Assembly (NCBI GenBank): GCA_977020255.1
Contig: CDROCS010004528.1
Location: forward strand, 1-64,000
DNA length: 64,000 nucleotides
Direction of reading: 5' to 3'
Origin: Obrimoposthia wandeli
Lineage: Eukaryota
Part shown: positions 21,948-31,738 of the stretch, piece after piece
Layout of the letters: each line of letters opens with the position of its first letter
Numbering within the stretch: position 1 is the stretch's first letter
Position numbers and translations under genes: made by a program
Notes under the pieces: model-generated
The model's database searches: none
Told to the model about the DNA's origin: nothing
What the model saw: the letters and a program-made list of their open reading frames with translations, nothing else

Positions 21948-22955
21948 ATGCAACAACAAGAATGGGCACCAGAGTTTGCTAAGGGTTTGAGTAACCATTT
22001 ACCTATGGCTGTACACGCTTTGCAATCAATGAATGGGACTCAAGCTCAAGTAAAAAGGCTTACCGCTCACTTAATCGTTAATTTAGAGCCCATAACACCA
22101 GCAAATGAAGTACTACTTAGTTGGGAGCAAGTGATATCACTTAAAGGAAAACGGTGTAATTATGAGGCTTTACGTAGCTACTTTTTAGAACATCTTAACA
22201 CTCAAACCACGCCTTTAAAATCTGCTAATATCCAGCTTTTTTTAGCTGAGCTATTACCCGGTTTAAGCTGTGGTGCATTTCACCCGCTAATCCGTTTGGC
22301 CCACGCTTTAAGTTGTAATAATACGCGCGAAATCGCTAGCGCATTGGCTTATTGGGTGTATGCATACCAAGAGTTAGCATGGCCTACGAGTACTGTGCGC
22401 TGCCAATCCTCCTTAGCCATCACTATTGACACACTACTTAGCCACCACCAATGGCCGACACATAGGTTGGGGAAAAATTTGGTGAGTGATGACATAGATT
22501 GTGTCCGAGAACAAAATGCTTTTAATTATTTAATATTCAAACCCGAATACGATCAAATAAAGCTTGTCGAAATGGAAGAGGCCATACTTAATTTATATTT
22601 AGACACTAACGATTTCACAATTTTACACGGCGTCACCGCCACTTATGCTGTTAGAGTCATTAGCGAAGCGTATGAGCTTGAAAATGTTTTAGTCTATTTG
22701 TGGCAAGGCTTAATTACCGCTTTTTTATCAAAGGGCATTGATGAAAAGAAAATAAGCAACACCAAAAAAGAATTGCTCTGGGTTAAACGTTTATCTATTG
22801 ATGAAATAATGGCACGTGCGTGTCACTCATTAGATGCTCATACTATAAAACTGGTTGCTGTATGCTTAAAAATGCATCAGTTAACCAACAATAGTCATTA
22901 CTTATTAGCAGCAAGTCGTAAAATTCAGCAAGATAGCTCTACTGTTATTTTATAA
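21948..22955 (+). CDS. Questin oxidase-like (DUF4243) family protein
   Basis: GLSNHLPMA, GAFHPLIRLAHA, FTILHGVTA, DAHTIKL motifs. Confidence 0.8.
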   Translation: MQQQEWAPEFAKGLSNHLPMAVHALQSMNGTQAQVKRLTAHLIVNLEPITPANEVLLSWEQVISLKGKRCNYEALRSYFLEHLNTQTTPLKSANIQLFLAELLPGLSCGAFHPLIRLAHALSCNNTREIASALAYWVYAYQELAWPTSTVRCQSSLAITIDTLLSHHQWPTHRLGKNLVSDDIDCVREQNAFNYLIFKPEYDQIKLVEMEEAILNLYLDTNDFTILHGVTATYAVRVISEAYELENVLVYLWQGLITAFLSKGIDEKKISNTKKELLWVKRLSIDEIMARACHSLDAHTIKLVAVCLKMHQLTNNSHYLLAASRKIQQDSSTVIL

Positions 22956-23206
22956 CATATTTCATTTAAACTAGCCCTTTAAGCCAGATTTACTCTGGTT
23001 CAGCCCTCTCATCCATGGCACTTTTGTCACTCTTTCCTAGCGTGCCTTTACTTACTTTCCATATCAGTGCTTAGGTAAGTTTGAGCTCACTTTAGGCTCA
23101 AGCTACAACTTGATTTTTATTCCGCTAAGTTTACCCACACGTAAGCAAGCAGCTTTTTTGAGAGACGATATTCTGAAGCGGTTTATGCATAACATTGTTT
23201 TACTTA

Positions 23207-23234
23207 TTGACATGAACTTTTTTTAATTTAGTAT
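23207..23234 (+). promoter_or_regulatory. Candidate sigma70 promoter of the GcvT-family gene
   Basis: TTGACA-16 bp-TAGTAT. Confidence 0.55.
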
Positions 23235-23239
23235 AGGTT

Positions 23240-23268
23240 AAATGAAATTATTAGTAATTATTTCATTT
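23240..23268. promoter_or_regulatory. 29-bp palindromic operator just downstream of the -10 element
   Basis: aaatgaaat t atta g taat t atttcattt. Confidence 0.55.
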
Positions 23269-23344
23269 ATTCATTTTATGCGTTAGCATTTTGAATAAAT
23301 GTCTACTGTTTTAAAGCTGCACTTTGCAGTTTAGGAGAGCTCCA

Positions 23345-25792
23345 ATGGAAAAAAAGTTACCTAGTTCGGCACAAGTTGTCATCGTCGGTGGTGGTGTTAT
23401 TGGTTGTAGTGTTGCATATCATTTAACAAAATTAGGTTTTACGGATGTCGTTTTGTTAGAAAGACGCACCTTAACCTGCGGCACAACATGGCATGCGGCG
23501 GGATTAGTTCCTACTTTAAGAGCCTCTTACAACATGTCAATGTTGGCAAAGTACAGCGCAGATTTATACCAACAGCTAGAAGCAGAAACAGGACAAGCAA
23601 CAGGCTTTGTACGTAACGGGTCTTTAACCGTAGCGACTAACAAAGAGCGCCTAGCAGAGATTAAACGCGGTGCATCTATGGCTAAAGTAGCAGGTTTCCC
23701 TTGCGATTTTATTAGCCCTGAACAAGCAAGTGAAATGTGGCCACTACTCAATGTTGATGATGTTATTGGTGCCATCCACCTTCCTATGGATGGCATGACA
23801 AGCCCGGTAGATGTCACTCAAGCACTTGCTAAGGGCGCACGCTTAGGTGGTGCACAAATTTTTGAGAACACTAAAGTACTTGATCTGAAAATGAGCGGCG
23901 GCAAAGCCACTGGAGTCATTACAGAGCACGGTGATATCGACTGTGAATATGTGGTTAACTGCGCGGGCATGTGGGCACGTGAATTTGGCAAAAAGGCAGG
24001 CGTTAACGTCCCATTACATGCCGCTGAGCACTTTTATGTGGTCACCGAGAATATCCCTGAGTTACAACGTGGACTACCAACCTTACGTGATATGGATGGT
24101 TACTGTTATTACAAAGAAGATGCCGGCAAATTACTTGTGGGTATGTTCGAGCCAAACGCAAAACCTTGGGGCATGAAAGGTATCCCTGAAGATTTCCATT
24201 TTGATCAACTTCCTGAAGATTTTGATCACCTAGAGCCATATTTAATGGCCGCCATGCACCGTGTACCTATCTTAGAAAAAACCGGATTACAGTTGTTCTT
24301 TAACGGACCTGAATCATTTACCCCAGATGATCGCTATCACTTAGGGGAAGCACCTGAGCTAAAGAACTACTTTGTCGCTGCAGGTTTTAATTCTGTGGGT
24401 ATTCAATCTGCAGGTGGCGCTGGTAAAATGTTAGCGCAATGGATAGTAAAAGGACATGCTCCTGAGGATCTTTGGGATGTCGATATCCGCCGTAACATGC
24501 CATTTCAAAACACCCAAAACTACTTATATGAGAGAACAACTGAATCGCTAGGCTTGCTCTACGAAACTCACTATCCTTTTAAGCAATTTAAAACAGCACG
24601 TGGTGTACGCCGTTCAGTACTGCATTCGCAATTAGAAGCGCAAGGTGCGGTATTTGGTGTAGAAAACGGTTGGGAAAGGGTCAACTGGTTTGCTGAAGAA
24701 GGCCAAAAAGCAGAATACGAATATTCATTTGGTAGACAAAACTGGTTCGATAACAATGCGCGTGAACACCACAGCGTACGTAACGATGTAGGGGTTATTG
24801 ACCAGAGCTCTTTCTCTAAATACCAAGTTGAAGGCCCGGATGCCGCTGTGTTTTTAAACCGACTTTGCACAAATAACGTTGATGTGGTTGTCGGTCGAAT
24901 CATTTATACACAGTGGTTGAACGAGAGAGGCGGAATAGAAGCAGATGTTACGATTACTCGCCTTGAAACAGACAAGTATTTGATTGTCTCTGGCGTTTCT
25001 TGCCAAACTCGTGACATGGCATGGCTAAAGCATAATAAAGCACAGCATCAAGTAGTCATCACCGATATGACCTCTGCTTACGCTGTTATTACTGTGATGG
25101 GACCAAAATCGAGAGCAACGCTTAGTAAATTAAGCGAGGCAGATTTTAGCCATAAAGCATTCCCATTCGGCCGCTCTAAAGAAGTTGATATGCATTACGC
25201 CATTGTGCGTGCATCGCGTATCACTTACGTAGGCGAGCTAGGCTGGGAGCTATATGTGCCTACTGAATATGCACCAAGTGTTTACGAAGCCGTAATGCAA
25301 GCAGGCGCTGAGTTTAATATTCGCCCTTATGGTTACCACACCATGAACTCACTGCGTATTGAAAAGTGCTATCGCCATTGGGGTCACGATATAACTGATC
25401 AGGACACTCCTATTGAATCTGGTTTAGCCTTTACTTGTAACTTCAAAAAAGAAGGTGGCTTTATTGGTAAAGAAGCACTATTAGCTCAAAAAGAGACCGG
25501 TGTTTTGCACAAGCGCTTAGTTAACTTCTTATTTGAAGATCCACTACCGCTTTGCTACCACGAAGAGCCTATCTACGCTAATGGTGAAATTGTTGGACGA
25601 ACCACGGGTGCTATGTTTGGACATACGGTAGGTGCTACGGTAGCAATCGGCTATATCAATTCAGATCAAGACATTACTGCTCAGTACTTAGAAGAGGGTG
25701 TGTTTGAAATTGAAGTTGAATGCCAACGCTATAAAGTACGTGCTTCTCTCGATTCATTCTTCGATACGAATATGGATAAAATCAGGTGTTAA
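23345..25792 (+). CDS. GcvT-family FAD-dependent dehydrogenase (sarcosine/dimethylglycine dehydrogenase-like), 815 aa
   Basis: GGGVIG FAD motif, TTWHAAG, FFNGPESFTPD, C-terminal GcvT folate-binding domain (ITYVGELGWELY, LRIEK). AGGAGAG RBS before ATG 23345. Confidence 0.92.
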   Translation: MEKKLPSSAQVVIVGGGVIGCSVAYHLTKLGFTDVVLLERRTLTCGTTWHAAGLVPTLRASYNMSMLAKYSADLYQQLEAETGQATGFVRNGSLTVATNKERLAEIKRGASMAKVAGFPCDFISPEQASEMWPLLNVDDVIGAIHLPMDGMTSPVDVTQALAKGARLGGAQIFENTKVLDLKMSGGKATGVITEHGDIDCEYVVNCAGMWAREFGKKAGVNVPLHAAEHFYVVTENIPELQRGLPTLRDMDGYCYYKEDAGKLLVGMFEPNAKPWGMKGIPEDFHFDQLPEDFDHLEPYLMAAMHRVPILEKTGLQLFFNGPESFTPDDRYHLGEAPELKNYFVAAGFNSVGIQSAGGAGKMLAQWIVKGHAPEDLWDVDIRRNMPFQNTQNYLYERTTESLGLLYETHYPFKQFKTARGVRRSVLHSQLEAQGAVFGVENGWERVNWFAEEGQKAEYEYSFGRQNWFDNNAREHHSVRNDVGVIDQSSFSKYQVEGPDAAVFLNRLCTNNVDVVVGRIIYTQWLNERGGIEADVTITRLETDKYLIVSGVSCQTRDMAWLKHNKAQHQVVITDMTSAYAVITVMGPKSRATLSKLSEADFSHKAFPFGRSKEVDMHYAIVRASRITYVGELGWELYVPTEYAPSVYEAVMQAGAEFNIRPYGYHTMNSLRIEKCYRHWGHDITDQDTPIESGLAFTCNFKKEGGFIGKEALLAQKETGVLHKRLVNFLFEDPLPLCYHEEPIYANGEIVGRTTGAMFGHTVGATVAIGYINSDQDITAQYLEEGVFEIEVECQRYKVRASLDSFFDTNMDKIRC

Positions 25793-25803
25793 TATAGCCA
25801 AAA

Positions 25804-25843
25804 TGATGACACAGCAGCTAGCGTGATAGCTACTGTGTCATCA
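25804..25843. terminator. Stem-loop after the GcvT-family gene
   Basis: 11-bp perfect stem tgatgacacag/ctgtgtcatca plus a 5-bp inner stem; no clear U tract. Confidence 0.5.
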
Positions 25844-26211
25844 CCTATAAATATTGGAGTTCTCGATAGCTTTTGTGAATGGCCTACTAGTTTTAACGTA
25901 ATTCGTAATCTTTAACTCGTAATTTTTAATTCTTACCCCCTAACTTTTACCCCACTACTAATATTTGTCACACCTAATTGCTACACCTTATTTGCTACAC
26001 CAAGGTTAATTACATTTAGCTGTATCAACAGCCAAAAATAATTAACTATCCAGATTACCGCTCTGTTAATTCATCTTTTAATATAATTTGTTATGATGCT
26101 TGCTTATAAAATATTCTAGGCCACATCTTTTGTTTAAATTTGATTTTATCTGTTCAAACAAAGATTAGCTTAATCATTATCTGCACATCCTAAATTACAT
26201 ATACGAGCAAT

Positions 26212-26805
26212 ATGCCACAGGCTAACGACAAAACAATAGATACTGATAATTTACGTATTGGTAGACAAATTAGAGACTTGCGCAAAGCAAAAGGCGTTAC
26301 GTTAACCACAATGTCACAACGTATAAACCGCTCTTTAGGCTACTTAAGCCAAGTCGAGCGCGGTGTATCTGCGCTCCCTATTCCAGTACTAAAAGCTATT
26401 AGTAATGTGTTGGAAGTTAATATCAGCTGGTTCTTCCACTGCGACACTCAAACTCCGTTAGAGGAGCTAAAATATATAGTGCGCAGCGCTAACCGACGCC
26501 GCCTAAACTACACGGGAACCGGTATAACAGAAGAGCTACTCACGCCCCATTTGAGTAGTCAGATTCAAATGATTCTCACCACGTTATCACCTGGTGCTAA
26601 AAATACCGAGCCTCGCGTACGCGCAGGCGAAGAGGCAGGTATTGTCCAATCTGGCGTGTTAGAGTTAACCATAGGCGATCAATTATTTGTACTGCAAGCA
26701 GGGGACAGTTTTTCATTAAACGATGAATCAGCACATCAAGTGCATAACCCTAGTGATACGACAGATACAGTGATTGTATGGACACTAACGGGAGCGAGCT
26801 ATTAG
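26212..26805 (+). CDS. XRE-family HTH + cupin transcriptional regulator
   Basis: IRDLRKAKG...YLSQVERG and a cupin segment GEEAGIVQSGVLEL...GDSF. Confidence 0.92.
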   Translation: MPQANDKTIDTDNLRIGRQIRDLRKAKGVTLTTMSQRINRSLGYLSQVERGVSALPIPVLKAISNVLEVNISWFFHCDTQTPLEELKYIVRSANRRRLNYTGTGITEELLTPHLSSQIQMILTTLSPGAKNTEPRVRAGEEAGIVQSGVLELTIGDQLFVLQAGDSFSLNDESAHQVHNPSDTTDTVIVWTLTGASY

Positions 26806-26901
26806 CAGGTAGTTTTGCGCTGCGAAAATATCAGCAAAGTTCTTATTAGAGCATCCTTCTCGCCTGCGTATAATAAACAATTTATAGGTTTGTATAAGGT
26901 T

Positions 26902-27702
26902 ATGATGTTTTATCTCAGCAAAGTCACCCTCGTCTTTTTTTTACTATTTTTAGTCCCCAGCGCCTATTCCCAAACTGCCGCTCAGACCAACACTCAAACT
27001 GATTGCAAGCTGTCACTGGGTTGGGAACACTGGCCTCCTTATCAATTTAAAAATGATGATCAGCAAATCACAGGCCTTGATATTGATTTAATACGAGCGA
27101 TCAGTCAGGAAATAAACTGCGAACTAACCCTAATAGAAATGCCGTGGGAACGATTATTAAGAAGCAACAAACTCGGTAATGTTAAAATGACAGCCTCGAC
27201 CACAAAAACGGCTAAGCGAGAGCAATCGGGGTATTTTTCACTTCCTTATCGCAAAGAGCAAATGGTACTTTTTACCTTGAGAAAAAATCATTTTAATATC
27301 CTGTCAATTAAGCGTTTAACAACAGAACCTTTTAAACTCGGATTAAGAAAAGCTGTTTCTTTTGGCGAAAAATTTGATCGGTTGTTAACAGATGAGCAAT
27401 TCAAACAAAATGTTCAGTATGTTACCAGCACCAAGCAAAACGTAAAAAAGTTACAGCGCGGTAGGCTAGATGGTTTTATTGACGATTTCGTTTCGACCAC
27501 TGCACTTATTAAACAACTAGGTATCTCTGATTTAATTGAGGTACAACCAATCAATATTTTTTCTACCAACTTGCACGTAATGTTCAGTAAACGCTCAGTT
27601 GATAGGCCATTAGTTGATAAATTTAATCGTGGCATACAAGCGTTACAGGACAGTGGCGAATATCAAAAAGTGATGCTTAAATATTTACTTAACGAAGAAT
27701 AA
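26902..27702 (+). CDS. Amino-acid ABC-type periplasmic substrate-binding protein (family 3)
   Basis: Signal peptide, WPPY, GLDIDL, MPWERL, GRLDGF. Confidence 0.85.
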   Translation: MMFYLSKVTLVFFLLFLVPSAYSQTAAQTNTQTDCKLSLGWEHWPPYQFKNDDQQITGLDIDLIRAISQEINCELTLIEMPWERLLRSNKLGNVKMTASTTKTAKREQSGYFSLPYRKEQMVLFTLRKNHFNILSIKRLTTEPFKLGLRKAVSFGEKFDRLLTDEQFKQNVQYVTSTKQNVKKLQRGRLDGFIDDFVSTTALIKQLGISDLIEVQPINIFSTNLHVMFSKRSVDRPLVDKFNRGIQALQDSGEYQKVMLKYLLNEE

Positions 27703-27719
27703 AAGATGCATAGAACTGC

Positions 27720-28163
27720 TTATATCTGAGTATAATTTGTATGAAGTAACTTAATATCTTGGCTAATACTTCCTGTTACTACATCTGCTAAACTATGGCT
27801 GTCTAGCTCGCGCATAAATTGCTGCATGGCTCTTGAGAAAATTGATTGAGCCCCGCAGTTTGTAACGAAAGCACAAGGGCCTAAATCACACGCAACTAAT
27901 TGTAAACTCTCCTCTAATTCTCGTACTATTTCCCCTACGCTAAGCACTTTTGGATCGATAGCCAAACGTACGCCTCCATAGCGGCCTCGACTGGTGTGCA
28001 CCCAGTCTAATTTTGCCATCTTATTCACTACTTTAATTAAATGATTACGCGGAATATTAAACTGTTTCGCCATTTCTATGATTTTTACCGGATGCTCACG
28101 TTCCTCATATGTGAGGTACATCAAAACCCTTAGGCCTAAATCAGTAAACTGGGTCAGTTTCAT
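27720..28163 (-). CDS. nsrR: Rrf2-family NO-responsive regulator
   Basis: MKLTQFTDLGLRVLMYL, RNHLIKVV, RGRYGG, three C-terminal Cys (C...C...C). Confidence 0.85.
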   Translation of the reverse strand: MKLTQFTDLGLRVLMYLTYEEREHPVKIIEMAKQFNIPRNHLIKVVNKMAKLDWVHTSRGRYGGVRLAIDPKVLSVGEIVRELEESLQLVACDLGPCAFVTNCGAQSIFSRAMQQFMRELDSHSLADVVTGSISQDIKLLHTNYTQI

Positions 28164-28205
28164 TGTAGCTGTAGACTCGTTGTAAGAGGTTTAAAAGCGA
28201 TAGCA

Positions 28206-28238
28206 TTATTATGTTGCATTTAATATGCAACATAATAA
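28206..28238. promoter_or_regulatory. NsrR-box-like palindrome upstream of nsrR
   Basis: Perfect 14-bp inverted repeat ttattatgttgcat-ttaat-atgcaacataataa. The core GTTGCAT-N5-ATGCAAC resembles the gATGyAT-N5-ATrCATc NsrR motif. Confidence 0.6.
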
Positions 28239-28303
28239 GTTTTACCTATACAAATGACAACTAGCTAACGCAGATAATCTCATCTGCCCAGCTATCATCA
28301 TGC

Positions 28304-29083
28304 TTAAAAATCTGCTTTACGCTTTTCCAAAAAGGCACTCATACCTTCGCTTTGCTCATCTGTTGCAAAGCACAGACCAAATAAATCACTTTCCATAGCG
28401 CAAGCGTTTTCAAGATCTAAATCTTGGCCGCGTTGCACTAACTCTTTGGTGAACTTCACTGATACAGGCCCATTTCTACATATTTTCGCCGCCAACTTTA
28501 ATCCGGCATCAAGTAATTCATCTTGGGCATAAACGTGATTTACTAAGCCGCGCTGTAACGCTTCATTGGCATCTAACATACGGCCAGTAACCAGTATCTC
28601 CATGGCCATTGCACGCCCTACTAAACGCGGTAATCGCTGTGATCCGCCAAATCCTGGGGTTACACCTAAGCTCACTTCAGGTTGGCCAAATTTCGCATTA
28701 CTTGATGCTAAAATAAAATCACAGCTCATCGCCAGCTCGCAACCACCGCCCAGTGCAAAGCCGTTAACTAATGCAATAACAGGAATATCTAATGTTTCAA
28801 ATCGTCTAAAGGTTTTTAATGCTTGCTCGCCAAACGCCTTTGCTTGTAAAGCGGTTAAAGACTGCATCTGTGCGATATCAGCACCAGCAACGAATGACTT
28901 TTCTCCAGCACCTGTTACTAACAAGACTCTCGCCTTTGAGTCTTGCGCCACCACCTCTAAAGCGAGAGCCATTTCTGCTAACGTCTCTTTGTTTAACGCA
29001 TTTAATACTTTTGGTCGGTTAACTGTTAAGCGATATACATTGCCTTCTAACTGGTCTAATAAAATATTCTCATAACTACTCAT
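28304..29083 (-). CDS. crt: Enoyl-CoA hydratase (crotonase)
   Basis: NRPKVLNALN, FVAGADI, ALGGGCELA, FGQPEV, PGFGGSQRL. Start at MSSYE (29083); the longer ORF start lies inside the MITE. Confidence 0.9.
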   Translation of the reverse strand: MSSYENILLDQLEGNVYRLTVNRPKVLNALNKETLAEMALALEVVAQDSKARVLLVTGAGEKSFVAGADIAQMQSLTALQAKAFGEQALKTFRRFETLDIPVIALVNGFALGGGCELAMSCDFILASSNAKFGQPEVSLGVTPGFGGSQRLPRLVGRAMAMEILVTGRMLDANEALQRGLVNHVYAQDELLDAGLKLAAKICRNGPVSVKFTKELVQRGQDLDLENACAMESDLFGLCFATDEQSEGMSAFLEKRKADF

Positions 29084-29149
29084 ATTCAAATTTCCTTTTT
29101 CTGTACTGTCGGTATAACACCCACAAGACTTTATCTGTTTAATAGGGAT

Positions 29150-29302
29150 CATTGCTGTCCGGTTTAGTGTTTGTTGCTCTCTAACGGATTGATTTTACGT
29201 TGTAGACAAAGGAGATTTTGCTACCAAGTCACCTTTTAGCTATAACAACTAACTATAAATCAATAAGTTAGAAGGCTAACACTGCTTAACCGGACAGCAA
29301 TG
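29150..29302. mobile_element. 153-bp MITE-like element with 15-bp perfect TIR and 9-bp target duplication
   Basis: CATTGCTGTCCGGTT...AACCGGACAGCAATG; imperfect inverted similarity extends ~45-55 bp. Flanks are aatagggat (29141-29149) and aataggggt (29303-29311). Confidence 0.75.
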
Positions 29303-29390
29303 AATAGGGGTTTAAACGTAGTGCTTTATTCAAGTACACCATTTACCGCAAAGCAAGAGTGTGTTTTGCTCAAAGCACATTTTAAAAAAT

Positions 29391-30239
29391 TTAGTCGTAT
29401 TGGAAAAAACCACGGCCACTTTTTCTACCTAGATATCCCGCATCAACCATTTGCTTTAATAGTGGACAGGGACGGTACTTACTGTCGCTAAAGCCTTCAT
29501 GTAAGACTTGCATAATACTAAGACAAGTGTCCAAACCGATTAAATCAGCAAGTGCTAATGGCCCCATTGGGTGAGCAGCACCTAATTTCATCGCCTCATC
29601 AATTTCAACTGCATTTGCTACCCCCTCGTATAAAGTGAATACGGCTTCATTGATCATCGGCATCAATATACGATTCACTATAAAGCCGGGGCGATCTTGC
29701 GAGGTTACCGAGGTCTTATTGAGTCTATCTGCCACCTCCAGCATGCTGGTATAGGTTTCTTCACTTGTTTGCAGCCCTTTAATGACTTCTACTAATTTCA
29801 TTAAAGGTACAGGATTCATAAAATGTAAACCTATCACTTTTTCTGGTCTACTGGTAACCGCTGCTAAACGCGTGATGGAGATAGAAGAGGTATTACTGGC
29901 AAGAATTGTCGAGTCAGAACATATTTTGTCTAACTGTGAAAATATTTTATGCTTGAGCTCTTCGTTTTCTGTGGCAGCTTCTACAACCAAACCAGCGGCT
30001 GCTAGCACACTAAAATCTGTACTGCCACAAATCCGCTCACTGATAACCTCAGGGCTTTCTGTAAGCAGGCCTTTCTCTGCAAGCTTGGTTAGCGAACGCC
30101 CTAATGTAGCAATACCTTTTTCAATCGCTAGTTTATCTATGTCGTTTAAAATAACGCGATAGCCTGCACTTGCAAATACTTGTGCTATCCCCTGCCCCAT
30201 TTGCCCGGCACCAATTACTGCTACTGTATTAAAACTCAT
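29391..30239 (-). CDS. hbd: 3-hydroxybutyryl-CoA dehydrogenase
   Basis: GAGQMGQG, VEAATEN, SNTSSI, GLHFMNP, PGFIVNR, HPMGPL, GRKSGRGF. Confidence 0.92.
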   Translation of the reverse strand: MSFNTVAVIGAGQMGQGIAQVFASAGYRVILNDIDKLAIEKGIATLGRSLTKLAEKGLLTESPEVISERICGSTDFSVLAAAGLVVEAATENEELKHKIFSQLDKICSDSTILASNTSSISITRLAAVTSRPEKVIGLHFMNPVPLMKLVEVIKGLQTSEETYTSMLEVADRLNKTSVTSQDRPGFIVNRILMPMINEAVFTLYEGVANAVEIDEAMKLGAAHPMGPLALADLIGLDTCLSIMQVLHEGFSDSKYRPCPLLKQMVDAGYLGRKSGRGFFQYD

Positions 30240-30637
30240 AGTCTTTCCTTTCTAATTATAGAACATATGCCTAAGAGCCAATCAAGAATCGACTGTAGAA
30301 AACTAAATAGTTTCTATCGGCAAAAAAATCGCAAACTATTTTATACATAAACCACTTGCTATACGCAATCATACTTTAGTGCTTTTTTTAGCCATTTAAC
30401 AAAGGTTCTAAGTAACTATTGTTTTACAAAACTTTACTTAACAGATAAATTAGCTACAAGTGCTGCCAAGTACTTACAATTATTAACCTCGCAGCTAACT
30501 GCAAATAATTTATCCTTGGTGTTTTAAGCTATGCTTATCTCATCTCTATTAAAGCATCCAGTCCCCTCAGCTTCACTGAACTTGATCTGGTATCGCCCAA
30601 TATAGTGTGTTTATAAATATCAAATCAGGTACAAAAA

Positions 30638-31732
30638 ATGTCGACTCGAAAATTCAGTTCAACCATGCTAGAGACTAACAGTGCATACTTAGCTGCTAAT
30701 AGAGAAAAAGATGATGAGCCTATAAAACAATTACATATTGGTTTTATCCTTTTAGAGCATTTTTCGATGATGTCTTTTACCGCTGCGGTCGATGTTTTGG
30801 TCACAGCTAATTTAGTACAAACAGATACATTATTTAAAGTCACTAGTTATGCTTTAAAAGGGGTTAGTGTCACGAGTGATTTAGGGATTGAAATTACCAC
30901 CTCTGGGAAACTGTCAGAAATAAAGCAATCTGCTAATAAAAGTTTAACCGAACAATTAAACACTGATGATTTATCGTTGGACACGCCACTTGATATTTTA
31001 ATTGTATGCGGCGGTTTACGCTGCACTCTTGCTACTAACCCAAAACTTAATCAAGTACTTAAGAGCGCGAGTAGCCAGCACATTGTTTTAGGCAGCATTT
31101 GGAATGGTGTGATTGCTTTGGCACAAGCAGGTGTTATAGAAAAACAAACCTGTTCATTACATATGGATAACCACCCGTTAATCTATGAGCACTACCCAAA
31201 TATAAACTTGAGCGAGAAAAGCTTTGTAAACAATAGTGCCCTTATCAGCTGTGCCGATGCATTGGGGGCTTTAGATATGATGCTGGACTTAGTAGAGAGT
31301 TTAAATGGGCCCAGTGTATCAAGAGCTGTGAAGGAAATATTAAGCTGTAACCGCTCTCGTGAGGGCAGTTCTGATCGTCTCATTCAATTTGGGGATCACG
31401 ATCAACTACCACTCATATTACGCAACGCTATCCAGTTGATGAACAGTAATATTGAAGAGCCTATCAGTATTGATGATTTAGCAAAATATTTGGACGCTAA
31501 CCGCCGTCAGTTAGAGAGGTTATTTAAGCAGCACTTAAGCACTTCACCTTCAAGGCATTATCTAGAGATCCGCCTAACCTATGCTCGTAGATTGTTAATT
31601 CAAAGTAGTGACTCAATTACAAATATAGCCATTGCCTGCGGCTTTGTTAGTAGTAACCACTTTAGTAACTGTTTTAGTCAGTACTTTAAAATGCCCCCTA
31701 GTGCATGTCGCAAAAGAAAGGGGGATGTTTAA
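30638..31732 (+). CDS. GlxA-family (DJ-1-like + AraC HTH) transcriptional regulator
   Basis: FSMMSFTAAVDVL, RQLERLFKQ, IAIACGF..SNHFS. Confidence 0.9.
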   Translation: MSTRKFSSTMLETNSAYLAANREKDDEPIKQLHIGFILLEHFSMMSFTAAVDVLVTANLVQTDTLFKVTSYALKGVSVTSDLGIEITTSGKLSEIKQSANKSLTEQLNTDDLSLDTPLDILIVCGGLRCTLATNPKLNQVLKSASSQHIVLGSIWNGVIALAQAGVIEKQTCSLHMDNHPLIYEHYPNINLSEKSFVNNSALISCADALGALDMMLDLVESLNGPSVSRAVKEILSCNRSREGSSDRLIQFGDHDQLPLILRNAIQLMNSNIEEPISIDDLAKYLDANRRQLERLFKQHLSTSPSRHYLEIRLTYARRLLIQSSDSITNIAIACGFVSSNHFSNCFSQYFKMPPSACRKRKGDV

Positions 31733-31738
31733 ACGCTT

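Noticed and set aside
22960-23344. Glycine riboswitch upstream of the GcvT-family gene
   Set aside because: No GGAGAG/CCGAAG/CTCTCAGG aptamer pattern on the coding strand.
25860-26010. Short direct repeats (tcgtaat, ttacccc, ttgctacacc) as a CRISPR or regulatory array
   Set aside because: Units are 7-10 bp, two copies each, irregularly spaced; no cas genes.
28566-29075. Long antisense ORFs (also 29782-30162, 24571-24903, 47222-47530 and others)
   Set aside because: They are shadows on the opposite strand of well-supported genes, with no motifs or RBS.
29084-29152. ORF-track N-terminal extension of the crotonase
   Set aside because: The start codon lies within the MITE terminus; homology-like sequence begins at MSSYE (29083).
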